From Octopus sinensis (taxonomy: Eukaryota), in assembly GCF_006345805.1 (NCBI RefSeq), contig NC_043003.1, positions 42,780,001 to 42,844,000 of the forward strand: a stretch of DNA of 64,000 bases, given 5' to 3'. The notes under the pieces are model-generated. The model searched no databases. It saw only the letters and a list, made by a program, of their open reading frames with translations, and was not told the origin of the DNA. Shown one piece after another: positions 1-13,781 of this stretch. The translations under genes were made by a program, and so were the position numbers. Positions within the stretch are counted from its first letter, which is position 1. The number at the start of each line of letters is the position of its first letter.

Positions 1-166
1 CCCGCCACTTTTTTTAAAGCCTTCCTATGCTATGCACATGTCCCTTCTTTTTCAGTGTATACCTTGTGTACTTTCTTTCTTTCATTTTTTATCATTTCAA
101 TATATGTAAATTCCCACACTTTATATCGGTCTTTGGATTGTCTCCCTCATATAAATGTAATCATCA

Positions 167-168
<2 letters not shown>

Positions 169-240
<72 letters not shown>
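169..240. repeat. (TTA)n microsatellite
   Basis: Pure ATT/TTA run directly abutting the element at 241. Confidence 0.95.
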
Positions 241-721
241 GAGTGAGAGAGCAGTTCATGCCATCAAAGTGACACTGGGGTAAAATAACGAAGCCCAATA
301 TACCCATCATGACTACCCGTCTGATAAGGTACACCAGGCACATGCATCACAACCATATGTGCGCGACATGGTAATCTCATATCAAGATAAACAGCACATG
401 ACCTTGCAGGTGGGGCCCAGTTAGAATTTTCTTCAGGTTGAGTAGCCCATCCTGCTCAAACGGTCCCTGAATAAGGGTTGCTTTAGGATGTTGAACGAAA
501 CACCTATGTTTCCAGAGGTGAACCATTCAAACTCCAAAGAATCCCTCTCAACACATGGCCATGATGCTCCCCCACTACTCTGCTCGTGATCAGAGATGCA
601 CATATCGTCAGCCACTAAGGGACATGCTCAACTGGTTAAGGTCAAACAACTGACAAGCAAATCTGTGGTATTGAGCAGAATATTTGCTGTAGCCCATCTT
701 TTATACCAAGACAAAACAATG

Positions 722-722
<1 letters not shown>
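241..722 (-). mobile_element. Interspersed repeat (~480 bp) embedded in (TTA)n, copy 1
   Basis: A second diverged copy starts at 1062 with the same boundary (ttatt|gagtga). Both ends of this copy abut (TTA)n. Class not determined; strand inferred from the (AAT)n-like tail. Confidence 0.7.
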
Positions 723-768
<46 letters not shown>

Positions 769-896
769 CATTATTATATTATTATTATTATTATTATTAT
801 TATTATGATTATTATTATTATTGTTATCATTATCATCATCATCATTATTATTATTATTAATTATTATTATTATTATCATTATCATCATCATCATCA

Positions 897-935
<39 letters not shown>

Positions 936-1061
936 ATTATTATTATTATTATTATTGTTGTTGTTGTTATCATTATTATCATTATTATTATTATTATTAT
1001 TATTGTTATCATTATTATCATTATCATTATTATTATTATTGTTATTATTATCATTATTATT
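723..1061. repeat. Compound (TTA)/(TCA)/(TTG)n microsatellite
   Basis: Direct reading; explains the poly-I/Y/N ORFs. Confidence 0.95.
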
Positions 1062-1354
1062 GAGTGACAGAACAGTGCATGCTATCAAAATGACACTGGG
1101 GTAAAATATACGAAGCCCAGTATACCCATCATGACAACCTCTGTGATAATGGTACAAGTGGCACATGCATCACAACCATACCTGCGCGACATGGTGATCT
1201 CATATCATGATTAACAGCGCATGACCTTGCAGGTGGGGCCCAGTTAGAATTTTCTTCAGGTCGAGTGGCCCATCTCGCTTAAAATGTCCCTGAATAAGGA
1301 TGTTGAACGAACCACCCATGTTCCCAAAGGTCAATTATCCAAGCCTCAAAGAAT
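1062..1354 (-). mobile_element. Same interspersed repeat, truncated copy 2
   Basis: Colinear with 241-540 (e.g. gacactggggtaaaata, catgaccttgcaggtggggcccagttagaattttcttcagg). Confidence 0.8.
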
Positions 1355-1533
1355 ATATGACATTAATTTGATGTGGATGGGTAAGATCAAATTATTCAAT
1401 CACAACATATATTCGAATTGAACATGAATAAAATTGAAATATTATCATCTGTATTTTATAAGTTAAAATCTTAACTTATTAATTGACGCATTATTAATTA
1501 TCTTATAATAGCAATGCCTGGAAAAATCATGGA

Positions 1534-1980
1534 TTACATGGGAAAATGCGAGCATGAAAAGAAATATTCTTAAGTTTATAATCCTAGAAAAGTACAGGAC
1601 AAGTTATTACACCCGGAAAAGCATAGAACAGGTTATTACTTCTAGTAAATAATAAGAAACTTTTTACTTAAAAATATTGCAGCTGAAATTAAAATTTGAA
1701 TATGAAAAATTATTTTATTATAGTTAACAAATAATACTATACATATTTAAGTAGAATTTGGCTAACTTACTACCTTAAATACAGAAAAAGTGACTAATTT
1801 GACAAACTTACAAAGAATACTGGCATTCTTTGCTGCAATATGTTAAGTAAAATGTTTCCTATTCTTTACTAGAAGTAATAGCTTGTCCTATACTTTTCCA
1901 GGTGTAATAACTTGTCCTGTACTTTTCCAGGTTTATAATCTTAAGTATATTACATTTCATGCTCGCATTTTCCCATGTAA
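1534..1980. mobile_element. MITE with ~120-bp imperfect terminal inverted repeats, TA-flanked
   Basis: ttacatgggaaaatgcgagcatgaaa (1534-) is the reverse complement of tttcatgctcgcattttcccatgtaa (-1980). Similarity continues ~120 bp inward. Confidence 0.8.
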
Positions 1981-2020
1981 AATATATGTATAAGCGTAGA
2001 TACATATACGCATAAATATA

Positions 2021-2419
2021 TATGCTTTCGGTGCGAATGGTGGTGTTATACGGTGCCGGGTTTTACAATCCTGTAAATAATAATAATATAAATATAAACC
2101 TAATGCTTATAGCGATCACCATGCAAAGACTAAGAAAATAGTCTAATAATGGGGCATATAAACCCCTCGACAGAAAATATTTAGGCTATCCTATCCGCGT
2201 GGTACTCGAACCCACATCTCTTTGTTAACACGACTAAGTGTATTACCATTACACCAGCGAATTAGCCTCCCTGCTTCTATCAAATTTAAGAACTATCTAA
2301 GTTCGTAGTTGTTTTTGTAAACAAACTTTCTATGTGCTTTCGGTGCGAATGGCTTTGTTATAGGGTGCCGTGTTCTACAATCCTGCAAATAATGATAATG
2401 ATATTTATATGAGACTAAT
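2021..2419. repeat. Two ~85-bp diverged direct repeats, period ~312 bp
   Basis: gctttcggtgcgaatgg...caatcctg(t/c)aaataat at ~2024 and ~2336. Confidence 0.75.
2191..2265 (-). other. Degenerate tRNA-like sequence (pseudo-tRNA or SINE head)
   Basis: Minus strand has A-box-like TGGTGTAATGG, D-stem GTGTA/TACAC, T-loop GGTTCGAGTACC and a closable acceptor stem. The anticodon arm is mismatched. Confidence 0.5.
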
Positions 2420-4440
2420 TAGTTAGGTCATCAAAGCACACCGTCTATTTAGAACTGATATCAGCAATGCTCTTTAGGTTGGCTTATTTGTCTTACATTA
2501 TAACATGTGTTGATGAACATTATATATCATGAGGTGATAAAGAAAAAGAACCGCGACCCTACAAAAAAAAATAATAAATAAGAAAGGAAACGGATTTTGT
2601 ACTGAAAATCTTGCGACTGCTGTGGACATAACTAGTTGCTGCATTTCCCGAGTTTTCATTCTCCAGCATTGTTTTTACTGGTTTGGAATAATCTTCTGGA
2701 CAATAGGCTTTGCATTCTTGTCACAGTTAACTTTGCTAACCGGTTGTTGATTATTTTGTTAAGGTTACGAAGAACATCTTGTTTCATCAATTAATTGTTG
2801 TATTTATTAGTATCATCAAACCAATCTTTATACTTTTGTCTCTATATCAAAATGATTTCTTTTAACGAAGTGATACTGGTATTTGTCAATTTCCGAATAG
2901 TAAAATTTGTTTAGGCAGTTTCTTGAAAATATTTTTTGAAAGTTGTATAAATGGTTAATGTTTTGAATGATGTTAATACTCAGTCTCTTGATAATGTTCT
3001 GCCTTTAGAGCTACTTTCAAAACCAAATCTTCGTTCTTATGATGGAAGAGATGAAATAATTGTCTATAGAACCCACGTTGGCGTAGGAAACAAATCTTCT
3101 GTTCAATACATCATCCTGCTCCTATAATCTTACTATGATATATTCGATGAAGTGCCAGGACTCGGAGCATCGATACTGACAAGTTGTCGGGTTTATTAAT
3201 AATTATTTTGGTTTGGTTGGGTAGAGGAAATGAGAAACTTGAGCATTGTTAAGTAGCACATTACTTGAGGTGTCGTAATCCATTTATATTAGCCTTGCCA
3301 ACGCCTTCTTTCCTAATACAGTTCAAATATATAGTTTTCCCCCAAAATCTAGCTTTGGAATCACGTAGAAAATGATCTTGTTGGAAAAAAAATAAAGAAA
3401 GGCGGTGTCAAGCTGAGTGTGGAAGATCATCTTTAATTCACCTTGACCATGCAGAGGGTTACTACAGAAACCGACGATATAAGAATGTTGATTTTTGACG
3501 AACTGGTTCGACAGTGTTCATAGGATGTTAGTAAAATCAAATTGTTCTGCTAACTTTGAAATAGTCTGGTTCTCATAACAAACATTACTTGAGGGATGCT
3601 CTTTATTCAAGACAAAACTCATTCAGATGAAAAGATGTATTGACATTGCGTTTCCTTTAATTGCCTTTATTTCTTTCAATGTATCTTATTCAGAGAAATG
3701 AGGTCGAAGTTGAATTAGCGATAAAAACAGTTTTTCACTATTGTTTTTCTTACTATGGGGTCGACCATCAGAGTCGAAATATTTCAATTTTAAAGCTTCT
3801 TTGCAACTGGAGGGTTTTCAACAATCTTATTGTGGTTCCTTCAGCTACAGTTTTCCAGAGTGGATAGGACGAAGCAAGTTCCTTTTGAGTGATATTTCTT
3901 GCACGTCAGTCATGTAAAAATTTGAATAATATTGCAGAGTAGATTTTTTAAAAACTGTTCCAAAGGTTAGGATATTGAATCAAGTGTCCACTATTCTCGT
4001 GTGATCTTAATCAGGAATTCTTAACCACCACTTGCCTACTCCAGACACTGGAAGAATTCCAGAGATTGTTTTGGTCTGCGTATCTACGATGCCAGCAAGG
4101 TCGTTCGCTAAAAAGACACTCTAAAATGTACAAAATAACTCACAACTCAGCCAGCTAAATTCAATGGCAAAGTGAACTACACTAATTCATCTGAGGGTTA
4201 TCTTGTAGCATTAATTCACATTCGTAACCGTCGACTTAAAGTTAACCTCGATCTTCAAAATACTTGTTGAGGTCGACTCGATTTTATATTGGTTTAGACA
4301 TCGTTTGGCGTTTTCGACGCTCATCCTCAAACAATTCACCACGGTTAAACATACAAGAAATTAATCTTTCTCATAATCTCATTGTTGAATTCTTGAAGTA
4401 GGGGAAGTCCTCCCCCACAAGGTAGATGACTAAAGAAAAT

Positions 4441-4660
<220 letters not shown>

Positions 4661-5320
4661 ATTTAGAGAGAGAAGTAGAGAGAGTATGAGAGAAAGAATG
4701 AGAGAGAGAAAGAGTAAGAGTGTGAGAGAAAGACTGATATAGAGATATAAATACATTCATATTCATATGTATTTTTACTTATAGGTTTATGGTGTATCGT
4801 GTTTCTGTTCTAAAGTAACCAAAGTAATATTGAAATGGAAAAATTCTCCTGCATGCGTTGAATCACCATTGAAGTCTATTAAGAAGAATAAAAACAAAAA
4901 TGATAACCAACATCTATATTTATATAATGCCAAAAAGTAGTGAATTTTAATACACTCTTACTGATAGTAGTGGTGGTGATTATTATTATTATTATTATAA
5001 TCTACAGATGGATAAATATTTATCAATCCATCTTTCTAATTCTCTCCACCCCTCTCTCTTTTTCTCTCGTTATCTCTCTCTCTCTCTCTCTCCCTATATA
5101 AATATTTATGCATATACTGATATATAATATATATGAAAATGTAGATATATATGTACATATATATATATATATATATTCAAACTAATACATCTGCTTGTTG
5201 TTTACACACCCGTCTTCATCTTTTGTTTTATATATATATATTTATATAAATATAATATATTATATATGTATATATATAAATGCATATAAACATATAGCAT
5301 ATTATATATGTGTGTATATA

Positions 5321-5368
<48 letters not shown>

Positions 5369-5580
5369 TAATTTAGGGTATCTAAGAGATATCACCACCC
5401 TGGAAATAGCAGCAAAAACCTGACTCTAAATCCACATTAAATGTTCATGCATTTAAGAAAAGACAAAAAGACAAAAATAAACTAGCAAAAAATTACTGGA
5501 TAATTCCATGATCCCGGATTTCTGGCTCTGCATAAGAAATGCTTTGCCTCGTGAATGAAATATGCACAAATAGCACATAA

Positions 5581-5613
<33 letters not shown>

Positions 5614-5817
5614 AAACATATGAATACTTAATTATACGATCGTATATGCACGTCTGCACACGACCAGTTTAAATTGCCCGCCTAAAACTTCTTGTGCGAT
5701 ATGGTAAAAAATATCACCGCAGTGAATATAATGACGAAATGAATATATAAATTTATAAATATATATGTGTGTTTGTGTGTGTGTGTGTGTGCGTGTGTGT
5801 GTTTGTGTGTGTGTTTA

Positions 5818-6230
5818 CGGCAAATAAGAAAATAGAGAGGATACAAAACGACATACATCATCCAGTTGATATTCCAGTGTGTATGTTTATTCCAAAGCGT
5901 TAGAAAACATTAGAAGAAAACATACACATGCAATAACTATGTGTTACACATACATTTTAATATTACAGAAAAGAGCAAAAGATGAGTTCCTTACGGCCGT
6001 TTCTGCCAGCACAGAAGAGATGGGGATGGCATGTAGGATATCGTTGCTTCTTGGCAGAAACGGCCGTAAGGAATTGGTATTTTGCTCTTTTCTGTAATAT
6101 TAACACATGTGTGTGTAACACATAGTTACTGCATGTGTATACTTTCTGATGCTTTGGAATAAATATACACACTAGAATATCTACCGGATGATGTATGTTG
6201 TTTTGTATACTCTCCATTTTCTTATTTGTA
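5818..6230. mobile_element. Fold-back MITE, ~185-bp arms, ~43-bp spacer
   Basis: caaataagaaaatagagagg...ccttacggccgtttctgcca mirrored by tggcagaaacggccgtaagg...ctccattttcttatttg. The same peptide ILQKRAK.EFLTAVSA appears in ORFs on both strands. Confidence 0.85.
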
Positions 6231-6400
6231 TATAAATTAAGGTTAAACCACTCTTTACCCCCGTCCATGTATGACACTCAATTGCGAGATTGCCACGCAA
6301 TAACCAGCATTTGGGTATTAATAATTGGGTACACGACCTGCAGTACATTGGATAGGCACTATCCCTGAGTTGATTGGTTTCCCAACCTCTAAATCTCATA

Positions 6401-6446
<46 letters not shown>

Positions 6447-7336
6447 TTATGTATACGTCTGTGTGCTTGTGTGTATGTGCGTGTGTGTGCTCGCTCGCGT
6501 TCGTGAGTGTGTGTATGCATATAAAGATAACACAAACTCAATTCTGCAGCTCTATATTGAATCACTAACACTAAAATGCACTTTTCACCATTTTCTTCTT
6601 CACATTTTGCTGCTACTCATTATCTAGCAATCCTATCCATTCCTCTTCCAATCCGAAACTCTAAGCATCGTTGAATTTCTTATATAATATAATCTTTTAA
6701 GGTAAAAAAGCAAAAATGCACCGGTTGACATTGATTTATGCATATCTATCTATTATCTATCTATCTAATATATATATATATATATATACACACACTCAAT
6801 ATATATATATATATATATACATATATATATACATATATATATGTATATATATATACATATATGTACATATACATATACTTATATATAAATGTACACACAC
6901 ACGCGCACACACATAAACATCACACATACATATACACACACGCTTGTTCATATACATTTATGTATAAGAGTAATATATGTACAAATAACGAAAAAAAACT
7001 ATATGTGCATGATCTACATATAAAAGTTTGTGTGCATATGCGTGTATAGTTGTAATAGTAGATTAAGGTTTATTCCACTACAAATGTTAATCCTAAAGCA
7101 AATATTTCTTTAATCTTTCGCTTGACAACGAAAAGTATACATGAAACCGAAACCAAGAATTCTCTAAGAAAGCAAGAAACGGCAATGGATAAAATGAATA
7201 ATGAAAAGAAGAATTAAATCATATATATGCATATACAAGGGAAGAAACAACCAAATAATATAACAATATGTGTATAAAAACATACACACAAACATATACA
7301 CCTCTATGTGTATATATATATACACATAAATACATG

Positions 7337-7376
<40 letters not shown>

Positions 7377-7611
7377 GTATGTATATATATGGAGAGAGAG
7401 AGAGAGGAATAAAGAGAGAGATGAAAGTGAGAAAGGTAGATGCATTTAGATATAAATAGCTAGATAGAAACAAACGATATATTGAGGTATATATATATAA
7501 AAATATATAAAAATACGGAGAGGGACAGAACGAGAGATAAAGAGATGGAGAAAGAGGGAGAGAGGGGCAGAGAGCGGTGGGCGAGAGATTTAGAGATACA
7601 GAGATAAATAG

Positions 7612-7629
7612 ATTGATAGATAGATAGAC

Positions 7630-7726
<97 letters not shown>
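7612..7726. repeat. (AGAT)n microsatellite
   Basis: Direct reading. Confidence 0.95.
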
Positions 7727-8037
7727 TAAGATGTATTTTATATATATATATATATACACACATAGATGCTTGTATTTTTGTATATATACATGTATCTATC
7801 TGCGTGTATCTCCATATGAACATTGCCACAGAAAAACCAACCGAGATATAGATCGATTTTGAAAGAAGCTGTACGTAAGACATTTCCTTTCAATTTCATT
7901 CTCGTCTCATTTTCTGCTATTTTTTTTTACTCTCTTCCCGCGTTCGATTTGAAAGTAATTCAAACAGAATTAAGAGCTGTAACAACAACGTCAACAACGA
8001 ACACCGATGAAAAGACAACGGTAAGAGCGTTGGCAAA

Positions 8038-8039
<2 letters not shown>

Positions 8040-8083
<44 letters not shown>

Positions 8084-8086
8084 TAC

Positions 8087-8136
<50 letters not shown>

Positions 8137-8160
8137 CTACTACTACTTCTACTACTACTT

Positions 8161-8192
<32 letters not shown>

Positions 8193-8208
8193 GCTACTAC
8201 TACTACTA

Positions 8209-8252
<44 letters not shown>

Positions 8253-8323
8253 ATAATAATAATAATAATAATATAATACTTCTACTACTACTTCTACTAC
8301 TACTACTACTACTGCTACTGCTA

Positions 8324-8370
<47 letters not shown>

Positions 8371-8484
8371 GCTGCAACTGCTGCTGATACTACTATTACT
8401 ACTACTAGTACTACTACGACTACAACAACTACTACAACGACGACAACTACAACGACTACTACTACTACTACTACTACTACTACG
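8040..8484. repeat. Compound (ACT)/(AAT)/(GCT)/(ACA)n trinucleotide array
   Basis: Direct reading; the (act)n-(aat)n-acttct block occurs twice. Confidence 0.9.
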
Positions 8485-9727
8485 TAATTCCTGTTGCTAT
8501 TGTGTATGTTGTATTCCTATTATTTATATTATATGATTTTCTATAATCGTTTAATTTCCTTTTCAAAATCCTCTCTGAATATTCATTAGTCAACTATCTA
8601 TCTTTCTCTCTCTCTCCCCTTTCTCTGTCTCTCTCTGTCTATCTATCTACCTGTCTATCTATGCCCATATAATGAAGTGTACCTACGCACACATGAACGC
8701 TTGAGAGCATAGAGAAGTGGGTAGATGAAAAGATAGGTAGATAGATAAATAAGCAGTTAGAATACAAGAATCAATACAATTGATATTTGTTGTTTTTATG
8801 ACAAACCAGAAGATAAGCAGACGTTAATTTTCAAAAGGGATTATGTGTGTGTGTATATACACACTGGAATTATAGACAGTCCCACCCCGGATTTAAAAGG
8901 TTCCGGAAATGAAAACACTGCACTGCAGCAAAACACAATGAAAAATAACATAAATATTTTGGCAAATCAGTAGTGCTGAGATTGTATCCCTGCAGGCAGC
9001 AGAATAAACTCATTTTTAAAACTGGTGCAATTTGCAAACACGGTAAATATCCGATTATATAATAGGAACGGAATTGTAGTGAGGATAAGGTATGTGAACA
9101 GAAAGTGAAAAAGATTTCGCGAATTAACCTATGGATAATGTCTTAAAAACATAAGTTACACAATGTTCGGCAAGAAAATTTACGGTGCCCTTACGAGGGA
9201 AAGCACAAGTCAAAAAACTCGAAAAGAAATATAAAATAGCAATGTTTTCTTCTTAAATGTTAACACGAAGATCAGTATGGTGATGATTTGGTATGAAAGA
9301 TGTAATAAATAAGAAAACAATAATAATTTTATTGAAACTATATACAAATACGAAGTCTATCGCTAATCAGGAATGCGCTAATTGAAACGCGTGATAATCT
9401 GCAGCGCAACATCAAAACAGGGAACTGGATTGTGAATAAGGAAAACGGTAAGAGAAACAAATTTCACAACATAAAATTTATAAACTGGTCATGACGTGCG
9501 TTTGGCACACAGACGCAGGCGCGCGCACGCACACACATACACACATATGCATGCACATAAACACGCACGCACACACACGCACACTGTTTATAAACTTGCT
9601 TTAAAATAAGGTTGAAACACAGTTCACCCTAAAGTCGCAACAACGGGAAACCTGGATCACAAAAAAGGAAATAAAAAATCCAGTGTAAATAACCCCACTT
9701 ACCCTCTCTCGATTTCTTTTACTCTCT

Positions 9728-9769
<42 letters not shown>

Positions 9770-9828
9770 ATTCATCTATAATCGCGTTCAAATTTATACA
9801 CTTGTAAATATGTATATATTTATATTGA

Positions 9829-10040
9829 CATACATACATACATACATACATACATACGTACGTACATACATACGTACGTACATACATACATATATACATA
9901 CACACACATACATAAACACATACATGCATACATACATACATATATACATACATACATACATATATACATACATACATATATACATACATACATACATATA
10001 TACATACATACATACATACATACATACATACATACATACT
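9829..10040. repeat. (TACA)n microsatellite
   Basis: Direct reading. Confidence 0.9.
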
Positions 10041-10632
10041 TATATACATGGAAGCATACATACAAATAGACAGACGCCACACAGCCAAACATAAAATGGC
10101 GAATATATAATTCAAATGAACTAAAACTCAGAACACCTTCCCTAGACTAGAAGGGAAGTTTTCCTTCATAAAATCTGTTCGACACATCTCACTTTATACG
10201 TCGAGTTTAACATAACAAAAACCTGGCTTTAATAAGCAAACATATCTCCTTTAATCACCGTTACCGGAAATTACCTGATGGTTATAACTTAAAATTAGCT
10301 ACAGTTGCGCAAGTAAGCCAACTAAACTGTACAAATAGGAACTAATTTGTAGGCCTCCTCAATCAGTCATGCAATGTCGAAGCAAATATCTATGACGAAG
10401 TTATTTCGACGTAGCAAAATTGAGATTCTGACCGCAGATACTACGCTGATAACGTGGCTGATAAATTCAGCATTACATTTTAACTGTATTTCTTTTTTAT
10501 GAACAAAAGCTGAGTAATGAAAATGACTTATCTGATTATGACTACACAGAAGGAAAGCAGCATTACATTCCATATAGAATAGAAAGATCTCCGAAAGATG
10601 GAAACCATACGGAAATTGAAATAAAATCTATA

Positions 10633-10803
10633 GGCATAAGAGTGGCTGTGTGGTAAGTCGCTTGCTTACCAACTACATGGTTCCGGGTTCAGTCCCACTG
10701 CGTGGCACATTGGGCAAGTGTCTTCTACTATAGCTTCGGGCCGACCAAAGCCTTGTGAGTGGATTTGGTAGACGGAAACTGAAAGAAGCCCGTCGTATAT
10801 ATG

Positions 10804-10847
<44 letters not shown>

Positions 10848-10850
10848 CTG

Positions 10851-10881
<31 letters not shown>

Positions 10882-11093
10882 CGTGTGTCTGCGTTTTCTC
10901 CCCCCCCCCCCCCCCCCAATCGCTTGACAACCGATGTAGGCGTGTTAACGTCCCCATCACCTAGCGGTTCGGCAATAGAACCGATAGAATAAGTACTAGG
11001 CTAACAAAGAATAAGTCCTGGGATCGATTTGCTCGACTAAAGGCGGTACTCCAGCATGGCCACAGTCAAATGACTGAAACAAGTAAAAGAGTA
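10633..11093 (+). mobile_element. tRNA-derived SINE family A (internal TA/TG microsatellite, tail gactgaaacaagtaaaaga)
   Basis: A-box tggctgtgtgg, B-box ggttcagtcc, then ttgggcaagtg. Homologous copies at 13044 and 48882. Confidence 0.85.
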
Positions 11094-11801
11094 GCTTAAG
11101 TGTTGTCGAGAAAATCTCCTTCTTGTGAAGTTTAATAAATCTGTTGACTATTTAAGTTCCAGCGCAGAGAACTTCAACATGTGAATATATACTCTGGCGA
11201 ACTTTTGCTGAATAAACGCTAACAATAACTATGATTTCTCTTGTGCAGATATCTAATATAAATAATTGCATTGTCTCATCTGCTTTTCCATTGAGATTTT
11301 AACTAAATTTCGCCACATTACAGTCCATAAACAATTACATTCTATAGATATACAAATTCAAAGTATAAATTTGTAAAATCGAGTGTTTACTCGCCTAAAT
11401 TCAACAGAACAGGAATTCACTTCCAACATTATCACCAACATATTTTTCTGCTTTCTCATTTTTGTTTTAGGAGGGTAAAGTATAAATTCATGGTTATTCG
11501 AATGCTGTCTCTAACGAATCCTAGGTCTACATAGTATCTTCTTTCGTGTCTTATGCCCGTGCGTGTAATGGCATATATAGTTACTTAGTTTCCTGTAACA
11601 TAAAATATTTATATAGAATAAGCACTGAATATGCTAACCATGCGAAATCTGATTTTAAAAAATCAATAAAATCAAATGAAGTCGCTGCCAACCGTTTACT
11701 TCTATATGTTTAAGTACATATTTGGTCTACCAAAAGTATTCCGTTATTCTTTAGTTTAGTGATAAATCGTTTTTTATATATAACTTGACAGAAAAGTAAA
11801 C

Positions 11802-11846
<45 letters not shown>

Positions 11847-12808
11847 GTGTTGTTGTGTGTGTGTGTGTGGGTGTGTGTGTTCGTGTGTCTGCGTTTCTCC
11901 CCCCCCCAACATCGCTTGACAACCGATGTAGGCGTGTTAACGTCCCCATCACCTAGCGGTTCGGCAATAGAACGATAGAATAAGTACTAGGCTAACAAAG
12001 AATAAGTCCTGGGATCGATTTGCTCGACTAAAGGCGGTACTCCAGCATGGCCACAGTCAAATGACTGAAACAAGTAAAAGAGTAGCTTAAGTGTTGTCGA
12101 GAAAATCTCCTTCTTGTGAAGTTTAATAAATCTGTTGACTATTTAAGTTCCAGCGCAGAGAACTTCAACATGTGAATATATACTCTGGCGAACTTTTGCT
12201 GAATAAACGCTAACAATAACTATGATTTCTCTTGTGCAGATATCTAATATAAATAATTGCATTGTCTCATCTGCTTTTCCATTGAGATTTTAACTAAATT
12301 TCGCCACATTACAGTCCATAAACAATTACATTCTATAGATATACAAATTCAAAGTATAAATTTGTAAAATCGAGTGTTTACTCGCCTAAATTCAACAGAA
12401 CAGGAATTCACTTCCAACATTATCACCAACATATTTTTCTGCTTTCTCATTTTTGTTTTAGGAGGGTAAAGTATAAATTCATGGTTATTCGAATGCTGTC
12501 TCTAACGAATCCTAGGTCTACATAGTATCTTCTTTCGTGTCTTATGCCCGTGCGTGTAATGGCATATATAGTTACTTAGTTTCCTGTAACATAAAATATT
12601 TATATAGAATAAGCACTGAATATGCTAACCATGCGAAATCTGATTTTAAAAAATCAATAAAATCACAATGAAGTCGCTGCCAACCGTTTACTTCTATATG
12701 TTTAAGTACATATTTGGTCTACCAAAAGTATTCCGTTATTCTTTAGTTTAGTGATAAATCGTTTTTTATATATAACTTGACAGAAAAGTAAACGTGTATA
12801 TATATATA
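10800..12808. repeat. Near-identical tandem duplication, unit ~992 bp
   Basis: 10921 cgcttgacaaccgatgtagg recurs at 11913, and ttgacagaaaagtaaacgtgtata at ~11785 recurs at ~12777. Outside the microsatellites only small indels differ. Confidence 0.9.
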
Positions 12809-12951
12809 TGAATAAAAAATAAATGGAGTTAACGCAGGTTTTAAACAAGTATTTTTACTTTCTACATATTTATTTTTCCGTGTTAATTGTTAACAAGGTA
12901 AAAATACACTCATCTATTTATAATATATATATATATTATATATATATATAC

Positions 12952-12995
<44 letters not shown>

Positions 12996-13011
12996 CTATA
13001 TATATTATATA

Positions 13012-13043
<32 letters not shown>

Positions 13044-13455
13044 GGCGCAGGAGTTGCTGTGTGGTATATCTTGCTTACCAACAACATGGTTCTGGGTTCA
13101 TTCCCATTGCGTGGCACCTGGGCAAGTGTCTTCTACTATAGCCTCGGGTCGACCAAAGCCTTGTGATGGATTTGGTATAGGGAAACGGAAAGAATCCCGT
13201 CGTATATATGTATATATATGTATGTGTGTGTATGTTTGTTTGTCTGTGTTGTCCCCCCCCCCACCAAAACTTGACAACCGATGTTGGTGTGTTTACGTCC
13301 CCGTAACTTATCGGTTCGGCAATAGCGACCAAGAGAATAAGTACTAGGCTTATAAATAATAAATCCTAGGGTCGACTTGTTCGACTAAAGGCGGTGCTCT
13401 AGCATGGCCGCAGTCAAATGACTGAAACATGTAAAAGAACAAAGGAATAAAAGAA
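13044..13455 (+). mobile_element. SINE family A copy
   Basis: ggcgcaggagttgctgtgtgg head through actgaaacatgtaaaaga tail. Confidence 0.85.
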
Positions 13456-13491
13456 TATATATAAATATGCATAGAAAATACATGTAAATAA

Positions 13492-13781
13492 AACCCATGT
13501 GTGATATGTTTGCAACGAAGTGTAAGAAAAATAGAACAGATAAAAAAAATTATTTGTTGTAAAATGAAGAGCGGTTAAGAGTTTCAATTAGAAAATCCAT
13601 AGAGTTCGATGTGCATTTTAAAAATATATAAATGCTATATAAAGTATATAATACAGACTTCCTCAAACTGTATTATATAGATCTTTTAATTGAAACTCTT
13701 ACCGCTCTTCAGTTTAGTGCCAAAAACAAAATATTTTTATCAGTTCTCTTTTTCTTACAATTCCTGCATTACGTATGGGTT
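13492..13781. mobile_element. Fold-back MITE (~100-bp arms plus inner hairpin)
   Basis: gaagagcggttaagagtttcaatta versus taattgaaactcttaccgctcttc; inner tatataatacag/ctgtattatata. Confidence 0.75.

Noticed and set aside
2600-4440. Microsatellite-free 1.8-kb stretch, with a minus-strand LRSHENSGH resembling hAT zinc-finger HE.S..H
   Set aside because: Stops occur in the frames checked and no second convincing motif was found. A tBLASTx or HMM search against hAT transposases would decide.
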